Shown: positions 21,183 to 31,437, counted from the first letter of the stretch. The stretch is DNA of 64,000 nucleotides from Bythopirellula sp. (GCA_965216565.1 OZ244170.1:1024001-1088000); one strand, 5' to 3'. Program-made: numbers and translations. Notes: generated from the letters alone by a model not told the origin.

Positions 21183-21614
21183 CTACTTTACCAGCAAGAT
21201 AGGGCATTGGCTCATGATAGAAACTTGGTAGCTAAGAGTGGCCCAGCCGTGAGGTTGTTCATCAAGATTTACCCTATGAGAGCTAAGCACGATAAGATCA
21301 AACTCTTTTTGCAATGCGTAACTAACGATAGCATGGGCCCGCTTGCCCATCACAATCTTCTCATCAACGCGAACACCCGCCTGTTCAAAACCTTCCGCCC
21401 GACTGGCCAGGTTGGTACGTGCTTGCTGTTTCAATTTGTCGTAGAAAAGCAGTATCTCCGTATCATCGTCAGCGTACTCAATGGCCTCAATCACATGCAA
21501 TAGTGTTACACAGGAATGATTCTGCTTAGCGACTTTCAGGGCACATCTCAAAGCAGCCTGATTCTTTGCAGTAAAATCAAGAGGCAATAGAATCTTTTGG
21601 AACATGAGATTCAT
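21183..21614 (-). CDS. Universal stress protein
   Basis: FQKILLPLDFT ... FDLIVLSSH ... CPILLVK. Confidence 0.9.
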   Translation of the reverse strand: MNLMFQKILLPLDFTAKNQAALRCALKVAKQNHSCVTLLHVIEAIEYADDDTEILLFYDKLKQQARTNLASRAEGFEQAGVRVDEKIVMGKRAHAIVSYALQKEFDLIVLSSHRVNLDEQPHGWATLSYQVSIMSQCPILLVK

Positions 21615-21664
21615 CCTCGCATGTTTCGCGGTTCTTTAATGTCAGCCACCTCAATCTTAAATGC

Positions 21665-21680
21665 GGCAAACAATGTGCCG
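21665..21680 (-). promoter_or_regulatory. sigma54 -24/-12 promoter
   Basis: CGGCAC-ATTGT-TTGCC on the minus strand upstream of the USP gene. Confidence 0.72.
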
Positions 21681-21730
21681 ATTGTCTTGGCCTTCTGCAT
21701 TCGGCTCCCAGTCCTGGCTAGCTCTATGAG

Positions 21731-21746
21731 TGTGCGAGTTCGCTCA
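21731..21746. promoter_or_regulatory. Candidate enhancer (UAS), copy 2
   Basis: TGTGCG-AGTT-CGCTCA. Confidence 0.55.
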
Positions 21747-21840
21747 GTCTGTGCGGACAACGTGAAGGCTAGACAAACAATGTTGTGAATTCACGTAGCA
21801 AAGTGCGCGGAACAAATGCTGGTATTCTCTGCGAAGGCAT

Positions 21841-21856
21841 TGGCATGCATCTTGCA
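21841..21856 (+). promoter_or_regulatory. sigma54 -24/-12 promoter
   Basis: TGGCAT-GCATC-TTGCA. Confidence 0.85.
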
Positions 21857-21926
21857 AGAAGCTTCTGAAGTGGCGGGCGGAGCGTTGATCAGGGCAGCCA
21901 CCGTTTCTTTTCTATCTAAGTGAGGA

Positions 21927-22625
21927 GTGTACGACATGACAACTTACGCGAATTCTCGTGGCGCGGCACTAGAGCGTGCCTATCAACACTGGCGAGAACG
22001 AGGGGCCCTATTGAAGCTGCCAGTTCACAAGGACACTAGACCTCCGTTGACAATAGCCATCAGTAGAGAGCTAGGCGCTGGCGGCAGTGCGATAGCCCAT
22101 GCAATTGCTGAGAAAAAGGGTTGGCCTCTTTACGACCGTGAATTGGTAGAACAGATTTCAGAGGATACGGGCATTCGATCCCAGCTATTGGAAAAACTCG
22201 ATGAGAAGAGCCCTAGCTGGTTGGCGGAGTGTCTCGAAGGGTTCTCCGATGAACGAAATATTAGCGGTGCTGGATACGCAATCCGACTCCGTGATATTCT
22301 GCTAGCCCTATACTATCACGGCAACTGCGTAATTCTTGGTCGCGGCGCAGCTCAGCTGCTTCCGCCAGAGAAAACCCTTCGCATCCGTTTGGTAGCTCCA
22401 AAGAGCTTGAGAATCGAACGGATGTCCAAGATTCTTGGCTCCCAGGATGATGCAGTTCGAATCGTGACAGAATCGGACCGAGATCGCGAGTCGTTTGTAA
22501 GAAGATACTTTTTCAAGGATCCTGCATCTCTGGAGAGCTACGACTTGACGCTAGACACCTCGAGATTCTCACGAAATGGCTGCGTGAATACCTTATTGAG
22601 TGCTATTGAGGGGCACAAAGCCTGA
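21927..22625 (+). CDS. Cytidylate kinase-like family P-loop protein
   Basis: TIAISRELGAGGSAIA, CVILGRGA and YDLTLDTS motifs. Confidence 0.88.
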   Translation: MYDMTTYANSRGAALERAYQHWRERGALLKLPVHKDTRPPLTIAISRELGAGGSAIAHAIAEKKGWPLYDRELVEQISEDTGIRSQLLEKLDEKSPSWLAECLEGFSDERNISGAGYAIRLRDILLALYYHGNCVILGRGAAQLLPPEKTLRIRLVAPKSLRIERMSKILGSQDDAVRIVTESDRDRESFVRRYFFKDPASLESYDLTLDTSRFSRNGCVNTLLSAIEGHKA

Positions 22626-22797
22626 TATGTGAAATAGTCGAACAAGAGAATTGTGATTCTTCCCTGCCTTGCATGAAGCGAATGTTCGTCCAAGAATGGA
22701 AGTTGCGTTGCAGCTGCTTTCTATGTAACGAATAGTTGCTGCTCGTAGAAATTCGGCATGCGATGGAAATTTAGTGCGCAAGCGCTCTGGAGGAATC

Positions 22798-24624
22798 ATG
22801 GAAAGCCCCAAGTGGGAACGTACTGAATCTCTGGAGCGAGAGTTTGGACGCATTCTTGAGGATTCGTTAAACGAGATCTTTATCTTCGATGCCGATTCGC
22901 TCAAGTTTATTCTTGTAAACCGAGGAGCCAGAGAGAATCTCGGCTTCACGATCGAGGAACTTCAGAACCTCACACCGGTTGACATCAAGCCGGAGTTCTC
23001 GCGAGTGGCATTCGAAGAGTTGATATCGCCGCTCCGCGAAGGTCGCGAAGAGTCAATATGTTTCAACACTGTGCACAGCCGTAAAAGTGGCTCTCAATAC
23101 AATGTAGAGGTGCATTTGCAGCTTGCCACATTTCACGACACCCCTGTATTCATAGCGATTATTCTCGATACGACAGATCGCTTGCGAGCTGAAGGTGAGC
23201 TACGAGTTCGCAATCGTGCCATCGAATCGGTTGGAGTGGGAATCGTTATTACCGATGCAACTCTGTCTGAGATGCCTATTGTCTATTGCAATTTGGCATT
23301 TGAGCAGATTACTGGTTATTCCAAACATGAGATCGTCGGACATAATTGCCGATTTCTACAGCAAGACGACCGTAACCAAGAGGCGCGTCATGCCATTCGA
23401 GAAGCTGTGATAGAAGGCCGCGGTTGCCAAACCTTGATTCGCAACTATCGTAAAAATGGCGAAATGTTTTGGAACAACCTCAGGATTTCACCTGTGAGAA
23501 ATCCTGATGGAGCCGTGACGCACTTCGTAGGTCTCACTGATGATGTAACGCATCGAATTCTGGCGGAAGATGATAAAAAGGATCGGGAAGCTCGACTTGC
23601 GGCGATACTAGACACGGCAGTCGAGGCGATCATCACTATTGACGATAAAGGCATTTGCGAGTCGATCAACACAGCTGGAGAACGGATGTTCGGCTACTCC
23701 GCGGCCGAGATTATTGGCAACAACGTGTCGATGCTTATGCCGTCGCCTTATCGTGAAGAGCATGGGCGATATCTTTCCGACTACTTAGAGACTGGTGAGA
23801 AGAAAATCATTGGCGTAGGTCGGGAAGTTGTCGGAAAGCGAAAAGATGGTAGTGAATTTCCAATTCACCTCTCGGTGAGTGAAGTTCATCTCAAGGAACG
23901 CAGGATCTTTACTGGTATTATTCAGGACATTAGCCAGCGCAAAGCGGCCCAGGTGCGATTGGTTCAGGCGGAAAGGCTTGCGGTGCTGGGCGAGGCGATG
24001 GCGCGTTTGGCGCATGAAGGTCGAAATTCATTACAACGAATCCAGATTGCCGTGGAAACGGCACGAATGTGTGAGCCCTCCTCGGAGATTTTAGCAGCTC
24101 AATTCGACTCGATTGAGAAAGCTAGTGATGGCTTAGATTCATTACTGGAGGAACTCCGCAATTATGCTGCGCCACTGACCCTTGAGAAAACAGAATGTCC
24201 GATCCCAAACGTGTGGCGTTCCGCCTGGCAATCTATCGACTCGCTGCGAGAGGGACGCGACGCTATGCTGGTTGAAGATATTCCAGACGAACAAATACTG
24301 CTTCCTGTCGATAAGTTTCGCTTAGGGCAATTGTTTCGAAACATCTTTGAGAACGCTCTGGCCGCATGCTCTGACCCAGTGGTAATCGTGATTTCAGCTT
24401 CTCATAGCCGCGATCAATGGATGATAAACATCAGAGACAATGGTCCAGGCCTGACAACTGAACAGAGCGAGCGCGTTTTTGAACCTTTTTTCACAACCAA
24501 AACCAAGGGAACTGGTCTCGGCATGGCCATAGCCCGCCGCATCGTGGAAGCCCATGGCGGCTCCATTGCCGTGGCGCGCTCTACGCAACAGGGTGCCGAA
24601 TTTGAAATCGCCCTGCCTCTCTAG
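22798..24624 (+). CDS. Cytoplasmic sensor histidine kinase: PAS, LOV, FixL-like heme PAS, HisKA/HATPase
   Basis: GHNCRFLQ LOV motif; LMPSPYREEH...IIGVGREV FixL-like PAS; AHEGRN H-box; DNGPG, FEPFFTTK and GTGLG boxes; RBS ggagg before 22798. Confidence 0.92.
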   Translation: MESPKWERTESLEREFGRILEDSLNEIFIFDADSLKFILVNRGARENLGFTIEELQNLTPVDIKPEFSRVAFEELISPLREGREESICFNTVHSRKSGSQYNVEVHLQLATFHDTPVFIAIILDTTDRLRAEGELRVRNRAIESVGVGIVITDATLSEMPIVYCNLAFEQITGYSKHEIVGHNCRFLQQDDRNQEARHAIREAVIEGRGCQTLIRNYRKNGEMFWNNLRISPVRNPDGAVTHFVGLTDDVTHRILAEDDKKDREARLAAILDTAVEAIITIDDKGICESINTAGERMFGYSAAEIIGNNVSMLMPSPYREEHGRYLSDYLETGEKKIIGVGREVVGKRKDGSEFPIHLSVSEVHLKERRIFTGIIQDISQRKAAQVRLVQAERLAVLGEAMARLAHEGRNSLQRIQIAVETARMCEPSSEILAAQFDSIEKASDGLDSLLEELRNYAAPLTLEKTECPIPNVWRSAWQSIDSLREGRDAMLVEDIPDEQILLPVDKFRLGQLFRNIFENALAACSDPVVIVISASHSRDQWMINIRDNGPGLTTEQSERVFEPFFTTKTKGTGLGMAIARRIVEAHGGSIAVARSTQQGAEFEIALPL

Positions 24625-24811
24625 CGTAGATTTAACACACTTCCTGTAAGTGCATCACCAGCTGACAAGTGTGCTGATACGCGCGCTCTATTAGTCATGG
24701 CTGCACACAAGCCGAGGGCAGTCTAGCTGCTTTAGCTACGTTGCGGTCTATCTATTTAATAAAAACCCTCGATTGAATCGCATTGCACTGTGGCCCCATC
24801 GTTCCTGGAAC

Positions 24812-24827
24812 TGGCATGAGTATTGCA
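24812..24827 (+). promoter_or_regulatory. sigma54 -24/-12 promoter
   Basis: TGGCAT-GAGTA-TTGCA; weak UAS-like TGTGCT-GATA-CGCGCG at 24670-24685 and an AT-rich tract between them. Confidence 0.85.
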
Positions 24828-24911
24828 GTTCAGAAGTTGCAGAGGAAAAGTGCGCTTCAATAGTCTGCGTACTCTGTCCGATCGTTTAGTCCAGATATAC
24901 GAGTCGAGTAG

Positions 24912-25184
24912 ATGGCTATTCAACCAATCAATCAACGTGCTGCAAGAACAAGAGAACCAGGCAAAAAATACGTTATACAGAATGATATAGACTGCCCCGT
25001 TGCCGATGCCCTTCGCAGGAATGCCCGTGGCGGAATGTGGTGTGTGCAGTGCGAGTTTAGGGAGGGGCTGGCAATACTATACGGCAAGGTTGCCAGCTAC
25101 TACCTGAAGCAAATCGCGCAGGAGACGGCAAAAAGCGTTGAAGGCGTCGAACTGGTTATCAATAGGGTAAACGTGTCGGTGTGA
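24912..25184 (+). CDS. BON domain protein
   Basis: LYGKVASYYLKQIAQETAKSVEGVELVINRVNV. Confidence 0.85.
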   Translation: MAIQPINQRAARTREPGKKYVIQNDIDCPVADALRRNARGGMWCVQCEFREGLAILYGKVASYYLKQIAQETAKSVEGVELVINRVNVSV

Positions 25185-25297
25185 CGATGTACGTAGGCCC
25201 TGTCGCCAATCTATGCAATATTCGAGCCAGTATGTTTCCAAGGAAGGATTGGTCAATGAGTTAATGAATTGGAAACTACATTGTCAGGGGGAAATAG

Positions 25298-25750
25298 ATG
25301 CCAAAGCACCTCTCAATTCTTATTGTTGAATACGATAACAGAGCAAGAGATGGACTGACGAAAAAGTTCTTGTCTCTGGGAAACCTAGTAGTGGCAGTTT
25401 GCCATCCAAGACTAGCCCTGGAGGCCGCGACGATACACGACTTCGACGCGGCCGTCATTGATCAGTCCCTTCCAGAAATGCAGGGGATAGCGCTGATACC
25501 AAGGCTAAGAGGTTTGGTCGGAGACTTAAAAGTCGTGCTCCTCTCGGGGGATCCCGATGACTTGACCTCCGAAGAAGCTGTCGTGCAAGGAGCCGATGCG
25601 TTTCTGCACAAACCTTGTTTTGTAGATGATGTCGAATCGAGCGTGAGAAAAGTACTGGCAAAGAGGAATCCAGTGGATAGACCACGCTTGCCACAGTTCA
25701 ACGTCCGATTGCTTGCACCGAATGGTCTCACTGATGTAAGAGCAAACTAG
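25298..25750 (+). CDS. Single-domain response regulator (receiver)
   Basis: ILIVE, AVIDQSLPEMQG (Asp), LSG and FLHKP. Confidence 0.85.
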   Translation: MPKHLSILIVEYDNRARDGLTKKFLSLGNLVVAVCHPRLALEAATIHDFDAAVIDQSLPEMQGIALIPRLRGLVGDLKVVLLSGDPDDLTSEEAVVQGADAFLHKPCFVDDVESSVRKVLAKRNPVDRPRLPQFNVRLLAPNGLTDVRAN

Positions 25751-25794
25751 AAAAGACAATTGTTTTCCCGATTCCAAAGACCAATTTCGGCCGT

Positions 25795-25810
25795 TGGTAC
25801 ATGAGTTGCT
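25795..25810 (+). promoter_or_regulatory. sigma54 -24/-12 promoter
   Basis: TGGTAC-ATGAG-TTGCT upstream of the Hsp20 gene. Confidence 0.78.
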
Positions 25811-25922
25811 ATTCTAGGAATAGAGGGAAGTGACAAATACTCGTGAACTTGCAAGGCCCTGAATCATTGCAGATGCGAATCGCAATGATGAAGTAGCTTA
25901 TGATTTTCGAAAGGAGGATAAG

Positions 25923-26384
25923 ATGTCTGGGACATTAACCACTCACAGTAGGACACCGCACTCTATAAGGAACGAGCCACGGAATAACTTCTTGGACGAA
26001 ATGGAGAATATGGTCGCAAGACTATGGCACAATGGCGAAGATGGCTGGTTTGGTTCGCATAGCATGCCTTTGGTCGATATTGCCGAATCCGATTCTGCTC
26101 TAGAAATGAAGCTCGACTTACCGGGGGTCGCTCCCAAGGAGATTGACATTCAACTCAACGGCAGCGTGTTAACCATCAGTGGTGAGAGAAAAGAAGAAAA
26201 GGAAGGCAAAAGCAAGGCTTACCACCGAATGGAACGGCGAATTGGAAGTTTTTCTCGTACGTTTACACTCCCATGCCCCGTTGAGGAAGACGAAGTGGTA
26301 GCTGCCTATAAGAGTGGTGTTTTAACAATTACGCTGCCCAAGACCGAGGAGGCGAAGACGCGTAAGATTACAATCAAGTCGTAA
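25923..26384 (+). CDS. Hsp20/alpha-crystallin small heat shock protein
   Basis: DLPGV, LTISGERK, ERRIGSFSRTFTLP and YKSGVLTITLPK; RBS aaggagg. Confidence 0.95.
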   Translation: MSGTLTTHSRTPHSIRNEPRNNFLDEMENMVARLWHNGEDGWFGSHSMPLVDIAESDSALEMKLDLPGVAPKEIDIQLNGSVLTISGERKEEKEGKSKAYHRMERRIGSFSRTFTLPCPVEEDEVVAAYKSGVLTITLPKTEEAKTRKITIKS

Positions 26385-26435
26385 CAATGCCTATCGAAAA
26401 CTCAGATTTACCGCACAGGGTGACAACGGAATGTT

Positions 26436-26471
26436 AGTCCCGGAGGGGTTTACCCTCCGGGACTTTTCTTT
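26436..26471 (+). terminator. Rho-independent terminator
   Basis: agtcccggaggg-gttta-ccctccgggact followed by a T-rich tract. Confidence 0.85.
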
Positions 26472-26700
26472 GTAGTGGAATTTGTGTTACTCCCACGCAG
26501 AATGCCATCTTCTTTCTTTTCAGCTTTGTTCTCGTGGCAGAGGGAGCGGCGTAGCCCAGTGATTCTTGGTTCGAGTATAAGCACACCAGGTATTCACGAT
26601 CTTGAACTGAGCTGCTTTTAACTTAAAGTAGTCTGTAAATCCGAATCGACACCGCCGACGAGCAAGACGGCCAGCGTTCCTGAATCACACGTCGTTACCT

Positions 26701-28134
26701 ATGTCTGAAATTGCAACTCGTACCACTGCTCGTCGGCTGTTGGGAACGCTAACCCCCTCTGGCAGGCGGTCGCTCATTCTGGTTTTGGCATGCCTGTTGC
26801 TGGCATTTGCGGTTGCCTACGTACCCGAATATGAAGGTCTCTCCAAACAGGGAATCACTGCGTTATTCATACTCGTGCTATGCGCGGGACTCTGGATGAC
26901 CGAGGCCATGCCTGCCTTTGCAGTTAGCCTATTGGCGATTGGCTTGGGAATCGCGCTATTGGGCAACGCCAACGGCACAGAACCAGATTGGGAAAAGTAC
27001 GTAGCCACCTGGGGTAGTCCACTCATTTGGTTGTTCTTCGGCGGGTTCATTTTAGCCGCAGCAGCCCAAAAGACAGGCCTGGACCATTGGATGGCCTCCC
27101 AAGTTCTCCAACGGCTTGGTACCCGGCCTGCGGTTGTCCTGCTCGGCATTATGGCAGCAACTGCTGTGCTCTCTATGTTTCTTTCCAATACGGCTACTGC
27201 CGCTTTGATGGTTGCGGTCCTTGGTCCGATTCTTGCTTCTAAACGTGATGACGAATGGACGGCCCGAGGCATGTTGTTAGGGGTCGCAGTCGCGGCCAAC
27301 CTCGGAGGCATGGGCACAATCATCGGAACGCCTCCCAATGCGATTGCAGTGGGGACCCTGTCCGGCGTTGCAGAAATCAATTTCATCCGATGGATGATCT
27401 ATGGGGTTCCCCCAGCCATTCTGCTTCTAGCCATTCTTTGGTGCGTTTTGGTCGCACGCTACCTGGGCCGAGAGGCATTTAAGTCATCAGATCGAATTGA
27501 AATCACGATCACAAAAGAAGAGCATTCATCGAGAATTCAGTTGGGCCTAGTTGTTGTTACCTTCTTTGGTACTGTGATCATGTGGATGGCCAGCCCACTG
27601 CATGGCATCCCAACCCCGGTTGTATCATTCATCCCGATTTGTATTTTAACTGCAACCGGCGTCCTAGATGCACATGATGTGCGTGGAATCTCGTGGGATG
27701 TATTACTGCTAATTGCCGGGGGTTTGTCTCTGGGGATCGCAATCGCTGATAGTGGATTGGCAGAGTGGTTCGTTTCTCAGTTCCCATTCGATAGCTTCGG
27801 CCCAGAGATGATTGCATTGGTTGTTGGCTATGTGGCAATCCTTCTTTCGAACCTAATGAGCAATACGGCCGCGGCAAACATTATCTTGCCAATCATGGTG
27901 GCACTTTTGAGTCGTGAGAACGCCCATCTAGTTATACCAATCGCGCTCTCGGCATCGGCAGCAATGTGTCTGCCAATTTCTACTCCACCCAATGCGATAG
28001 TTTATGGAACGGAGAAGATCCGCTCTTCCGATTTGCTTGTCACAGGCCTATTTACTGGCGTGCTTACACCCCCTGTGGTAGTCGGGTGGACGATGATTGT
28101 CGAAGCTACTGGCCTATTCGCTACAAGTAGCTAA
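26701..28134 (+). CDS. SLC13/DASS sodium:anion (dicarboxylate/sulfate) symporter
   Basis: SNTAT, GTPPNAI, SNTAAA and STPPNAI motifs; many transmembrane helices. Confidence 0.92.
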   Translation: MSEIATRTTARRLLGTLTPSGRRSLILVLACLLLAFAVAYVPEYEGLSKQGITALFILVLCAGLWMTEAMPAFAVSLLAIGLGIALLGNANGTEPDWEKYVATWGSPLIWLFFGGFILAAAAQKTGLDHWMASQVLQRLGTRPAVVLLGIMAATAVLSMFLSNTATAALMVAVLGPILASKRDDEWTARGMLLGVAVAANLGGMGTIIGTPPNAIAVGTLSGVAEINFIRWMIYGVPPAILLLAILWCVLVARYLGREAFKSSDRIEITITKEEHSSRIQLGLVVVTFFGTVIMWMASPLHGIPTPVVSFIPICILTATGVLDAHDVRGISWDVLLLIAGGLSLGIAIADSGLAEWFVSQFPFDSFGPEMIALVVGYVAILLSNLMSNTAAANIILPIMVALLSRENAHLVIPIALSASAAMCLPISTPPNAIVYGTEKIRSSDLLVTGLFTGVLTPPVVVGWTMIVEATGLFATSS

Positions 28135-28898
28135 TGCACGATTCCCGCCAGCGCCAATCCAGCAGCATAGGCAAGTGCTGCGGCACCACCACCGACTAGT
28201 AGTGTTTCGGTGCCGGCCCGATACCAAGACTCGTCCACAAACCAAGACTTTCCTGCTCCGACTAAGAAGAAAGCCGCAGCAGTCAGAAATGTACTCACCA
28301 CATACGGGCTAGCTATGGAGACTGGCGAGACCATATCGAGGATGAAAGCCAGTAGTGGAATGAGGCCCACAAGTACGAAAGCGACAAGAGTAGTAAGAGC
28401 AGCGCGAATAGCGGAAGGCCCCCGCAACGATAGGCCAAGTTCCTCAACCAACATCGTGTCGACCCAGCGTTTACGGTCCGAAGTAATAACGTCTACTACG
28501 TGTTCTAAAGGTTCGCCATCGAAACCTTTTTGGGCAAAGATTTGGCGAATCTCTTCTCTCTCGCCTTCCGGGAATTCGGCAATGTGCAGTTCCTCGGTTC
28601 TGCGGGCCCGTTCTCGCAACTCTTCCTCGGTCTTTGTTCCGAGGTAGTTACTTGCGGCCATGCTAAAACCATCTCCCAAGAGATTTGCCACGCCGAGGAT
28701 GATAATCACACCTGTGGACAAACCTGCTCCTGCAACTCCAGACACAACCGCAAAGGTGGTGACGGTTCCGTCGATGGCGCCATACACAAAGTCTCGCAAG
28801 TAACTGTGCTTTGTCGGAGCTTCGAGTCGACTACGGATCTGCTCGGGGGTGTGTGATTCTAGAAATTGCCTGCGCTGCGGAGTCGTCGTCGTTTCCAT
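28131..28898 (-). CDS. VIT1/CCC1 family Fe/Mn transporter
   Basis: LRDFVYGAIDGTVTTFAVVSGVAG, DGFSMAASNYL and EREEIRQIF. Confidence 0.92.
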   Translation of the reverse strand: METTTTPQRRQFLESHTPEQIRSRLEAPTKHSYLRDFVYGAIDGTVTTFAVVSGVAGAGLSTGVIIILGVANLLGDGFSMAASNYLGTKTEEELRERARRTEELHIAEFPEGEREEIRQIFAQKGFDGEPLEHVVDVITSDRKRWVDTMLVEELGLSLRGPSAIRAALTTLVAFVLVGLIPLLAFILDMVSPVSIASPYVVSTFLTAAAFFLVGAGKSWFVDESWYRAGTETLLVGGGAAALAYAAGLALAGIVH

Positions 28899-30256
28899 TA
28901 TTGCAATCCGTTGATCTCGCTCTTTGAAATACTGTACTTTTCTAGCAAACGGTATAGACTTCTTCTACTCACTCCCAGCGCCTTGGCTGAGCGCATCTTG
29001 TTACCGTTTTCTTGCTGCATTGCCTGAACTACTCTGGCACGTGTTAATGTTGCTAAGTCAACTTCGGAATCGAGCACCGCATGATTGGGCGATGTGGTAG
29101 AGCCAAGCACTTCAGGTGGCAGATTCTCTTTTCTTAGCACTTCGTCCTCGGCTAACATCTTGGCCCGTTCGATAGCGTTAATGAGCTGCCTCACGTTTCC
29201 AGGCCACGCATACTGGGCAATAGTTTCCCGACAATCGGGTTCATATTCCCAGCCTGCCCCGGCAAAGTGGTCCGCCAACAGAAGGCGATCGTCGCCTCGC
29301 TCTCGCAAGGGAGGTAGCACGATCGTCATAATATTGATTCTGTAGAACAGATCTTCACGGAATCGCTTGGCTTCGACTTCTCTTGCTAGATCGCGATTGC
29401 TCGCAGCAATGATACGCACGTCGACGCGACGTTCCTTGAGAGAGCCAACACGCCGCAGTGAACCATCTTCGAGGACTCTTAGCAGTTTCGGCTGAAGCGT
29501 CGGTGACAGCTCTCCGATTTCGTCAACAAAGAGAGTGCCTCCGTCGGCCACTTCAAAGAGACCAGGCTTGGCAGTAGTGGCTCCGGTGAATGCGCCTTTC
29601 TCGTGCCCAAACAATTCACTTTCTAGTAGCTGTTCTGGCAATGCCGCACAGTTAACAACAACGAGCGGTTTGTCTGCTCGTGTGCTGGACTCATGAATCG
29701 CACGGGCCACCAGCTCTTTACCGGTCCCACTTTCACCCTGAATCAGAATTGGCTTGTTGCTAGGTGCGGAGCGATCGATGAGCCTAAACACTTCTTGCAT
29801 CGCACGTGAATCACCAACCATGTGGTGAGTGGGGGACGTGTGTTTTACGAGTGCCCGCAACTGGCGGTTTTCCTTACGGATTTTTCCCGATTCAGCCGCC
29901 CTCTGCACGACCGCGTCTAGTTGCTTCATGCGAACAGGCTTTGCTAGGAAATCAAACGCCCCAAGTTTCATAGCTTCGACAGCCTTCTCGATCGTGCCCT
30001 CCCCAGTCAGCAAGACAACTTCCATCTCAGGACTAGCGCTTTTGATTTGCTCCAGAAGTTCAATTCCAGACATGCCGGGCATCACCATATCGAGAATCGC
30101 AACCGTAAACTCACGGCTTTGCATTTGTTCAATTGCGGACTCTGCAGAATCTGCATTGTAGACAGAATGCCCAAGCTGCTTGAAGTAATTGACTAGTCCA
30201 TCGCGAAGTTCATCGTCGTCATCGACGATCAATAATTCCAATTGTGAGTCTGGCAT
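28898..30256 (-). CDS. sigma54-dependent response regulator (NtrC family: REC-AAA+-HTH)
   Basis: LDMVMPG receiver, GESGTGKE, ESELFGHEKGAFTGA, WPGNVRQL and a Fis-type HTH. Confidence 0.96.
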   Translation of the reverse strand: MPDSQLELLIVDDDDELRDGLVNYFKQLGHSVYNADSAESAIEQMQSREFTVAILDMVMPGMSGIELLEQIKSASPEMEVVLLTGEGTIEKAVEAMKLGAFDFLAKPVRMKQLDAVVQRAAESGKIRKENRQLRALVKHTSPTHHMVGDSRAMQEVFRLIDRSAPSNKPILIQGESGTGKELVARAIHESSTRADKPLVVVNCAALPEQLLESELFGHEKGAFTGATTAKPGLFEVADGGTLFVDEIGELSPTLQPKLLRVLEDGSLRRVGSLKERRVDVRIIAASNRDLAREVEAKRFREDLFYRINIMTIVLPPLRERGDDRLLLADHFAGAGWEYEPDCRETIAQYAWPGNVRQLINAIERAKMLAEDEVLRKENLPPEVLGSTTSPNHAVLDSEVDLATLTRARVVQAMQQENGNKMRSAKALGVSRRSLYRLLEKYSISKSEINGLQ

Positions 30257-30290
30257 GACGTTACCTAGAAAGTATCAGTCTTTGAATAGT

Positions 30291-31286
30291 TCAGCTTTGC
30301 ACAGGTCCGAAGTCTATGTAGGAAGCGATTGTCGATGCATAGTTGGCTCGCTCAAAACTCTTTGGTGAGCCGCATGAATTCCGGCTTAGTTGCCCTCGCA
30401 GCTGAGTTAGGGAGCAGTATTCATTGTAGCTCATCCATTCCAGTAGTTCCGCCCTCACAGTTTCCAAGTATTCCGCGCCATGCTTTAAGAGGGCGGAGGT
30501 CAGCATGACCACATCTGCTCCTACCGAGACGGCTTTAATCGCATCGATTCCGCTATGGATTCCAGACGAAGCGGCAAGCGAGCAGTGAGGAAGCTGGTCT
30601 CGCAAGATACCAATCCAGCGCAGCGGCAAACGATTGTCGCCAGGGCGACTCAATTCGAGATGAGAGTCGATGCTATGCTCTTTCAGGTTTACTTCAGGCT
30701 CAAGAAATCGATTGAACAGGACCAAGCCGTCCGCCCCCGCCTCAACGACTTGCCGTGCAAAGTAGGGCAAAGAAGAAAAATGGGGACCGATTTTCACCGA
30801 AATGGGGATCTGCAGTCGCTTTCGGACAGCCGCAATCACATCAAGATACTGGGCTTCAACTTGTTGTCCTGAGGTCCCAGGATCAATCGGCACGAAGTGA
30901 ATATTAAGTTCCAATGCAGAAGCCCCGGCGTCGGCGATTTGTTGGGCATACTCAGTCCATCCATCAGAGTTCTTTCCATTGATGCTCGCAATGATGGGCA
31001 TGGAGACGGCCTGACGAGCATGTTCAATGAGCTTGGGATAACAGTCGGCACCCCTATTGTAGGGCCTTAGATACGGAAAGCCTGCCAAGTCTTTGGGCGT
31101 AGGCGTCTCAGTACTTTCCCGTAAGATCTGCTCCTCGAAAAGGGAAGGTAAGACGGCCGCCCCTGCTCCCGAAGCTTCCAATCGCCGAAGCACATCCGGT
31201 TGTCCGGTGCAAGGAGATGCAGATGCAATAAGTGGACTCGTGAGGCGTAGACCCAGGTAATCCGCACTTAGATTGACTTTCTTCAT
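30291..31286 (-). CDS. Dihydroorotate dehydrogenase-like flavoprotein
   Basis: YLGLRLTSPLIASASP, VLPSLFEEQI, GLVLFNRF and FERANY. Confidence 0.88.
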   Translation of the reverse strand: MKKVNLSADYLGLRLTSPLIASASPCTGQPDVLRRLEASGAGAAVLPSLFEEQILRESTETPTPKDLAGFPYLRPYNRGADCYPKLIEHARQAVSMPIIASINGKNSDGWTEYAQQIADAGASALELNIHFVPIDPGTSGQQVEAQYLDVIAAVRKRLQIPISVKIGPHFSSLPYFARQVVEAGADGLVLFNRFLEPEVNLKEHSIDSHLELSRPGDNRLPLRWIGILRDQLPHCSLAASSGIHSGIDAIKAVSVGADVVMLTSALLKHGAEYLETVRAELLEWMSYNEYCSLTQLRGQLSRNSCGSPKSFERANYASTIASYIDFGPVQS

Positions 31287-31327
31287 CGTGATCTCACGGA
31301 GATTCAGTTTCCACGCCCTTGGTCAAC

Positions 31328-31343
31328 TGCAATTCGAATGCCA
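31328..31343 (-). promoter_or_regulatory. sigma54 -24/-12 promoter
   Basis: TGGCAT-TCGAA-TTGCA on the minus strand. Confidence 0.85.
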
Positions 31344-31437
31344 AGCACATCAGGCAACGCACTTGACTGTTTTGGTACTGCACGTCCCACAACAACGAGT
31401 CCGGTAAAAATGGTCGCTGTCACGTGCAGACTCACGA

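Noticed and set aside
25854..25871. AGGCCC...TTGCA as a second Hsp20 sigma54 promoter
   Set aside because: GG-to-GC spacing is two bases too long
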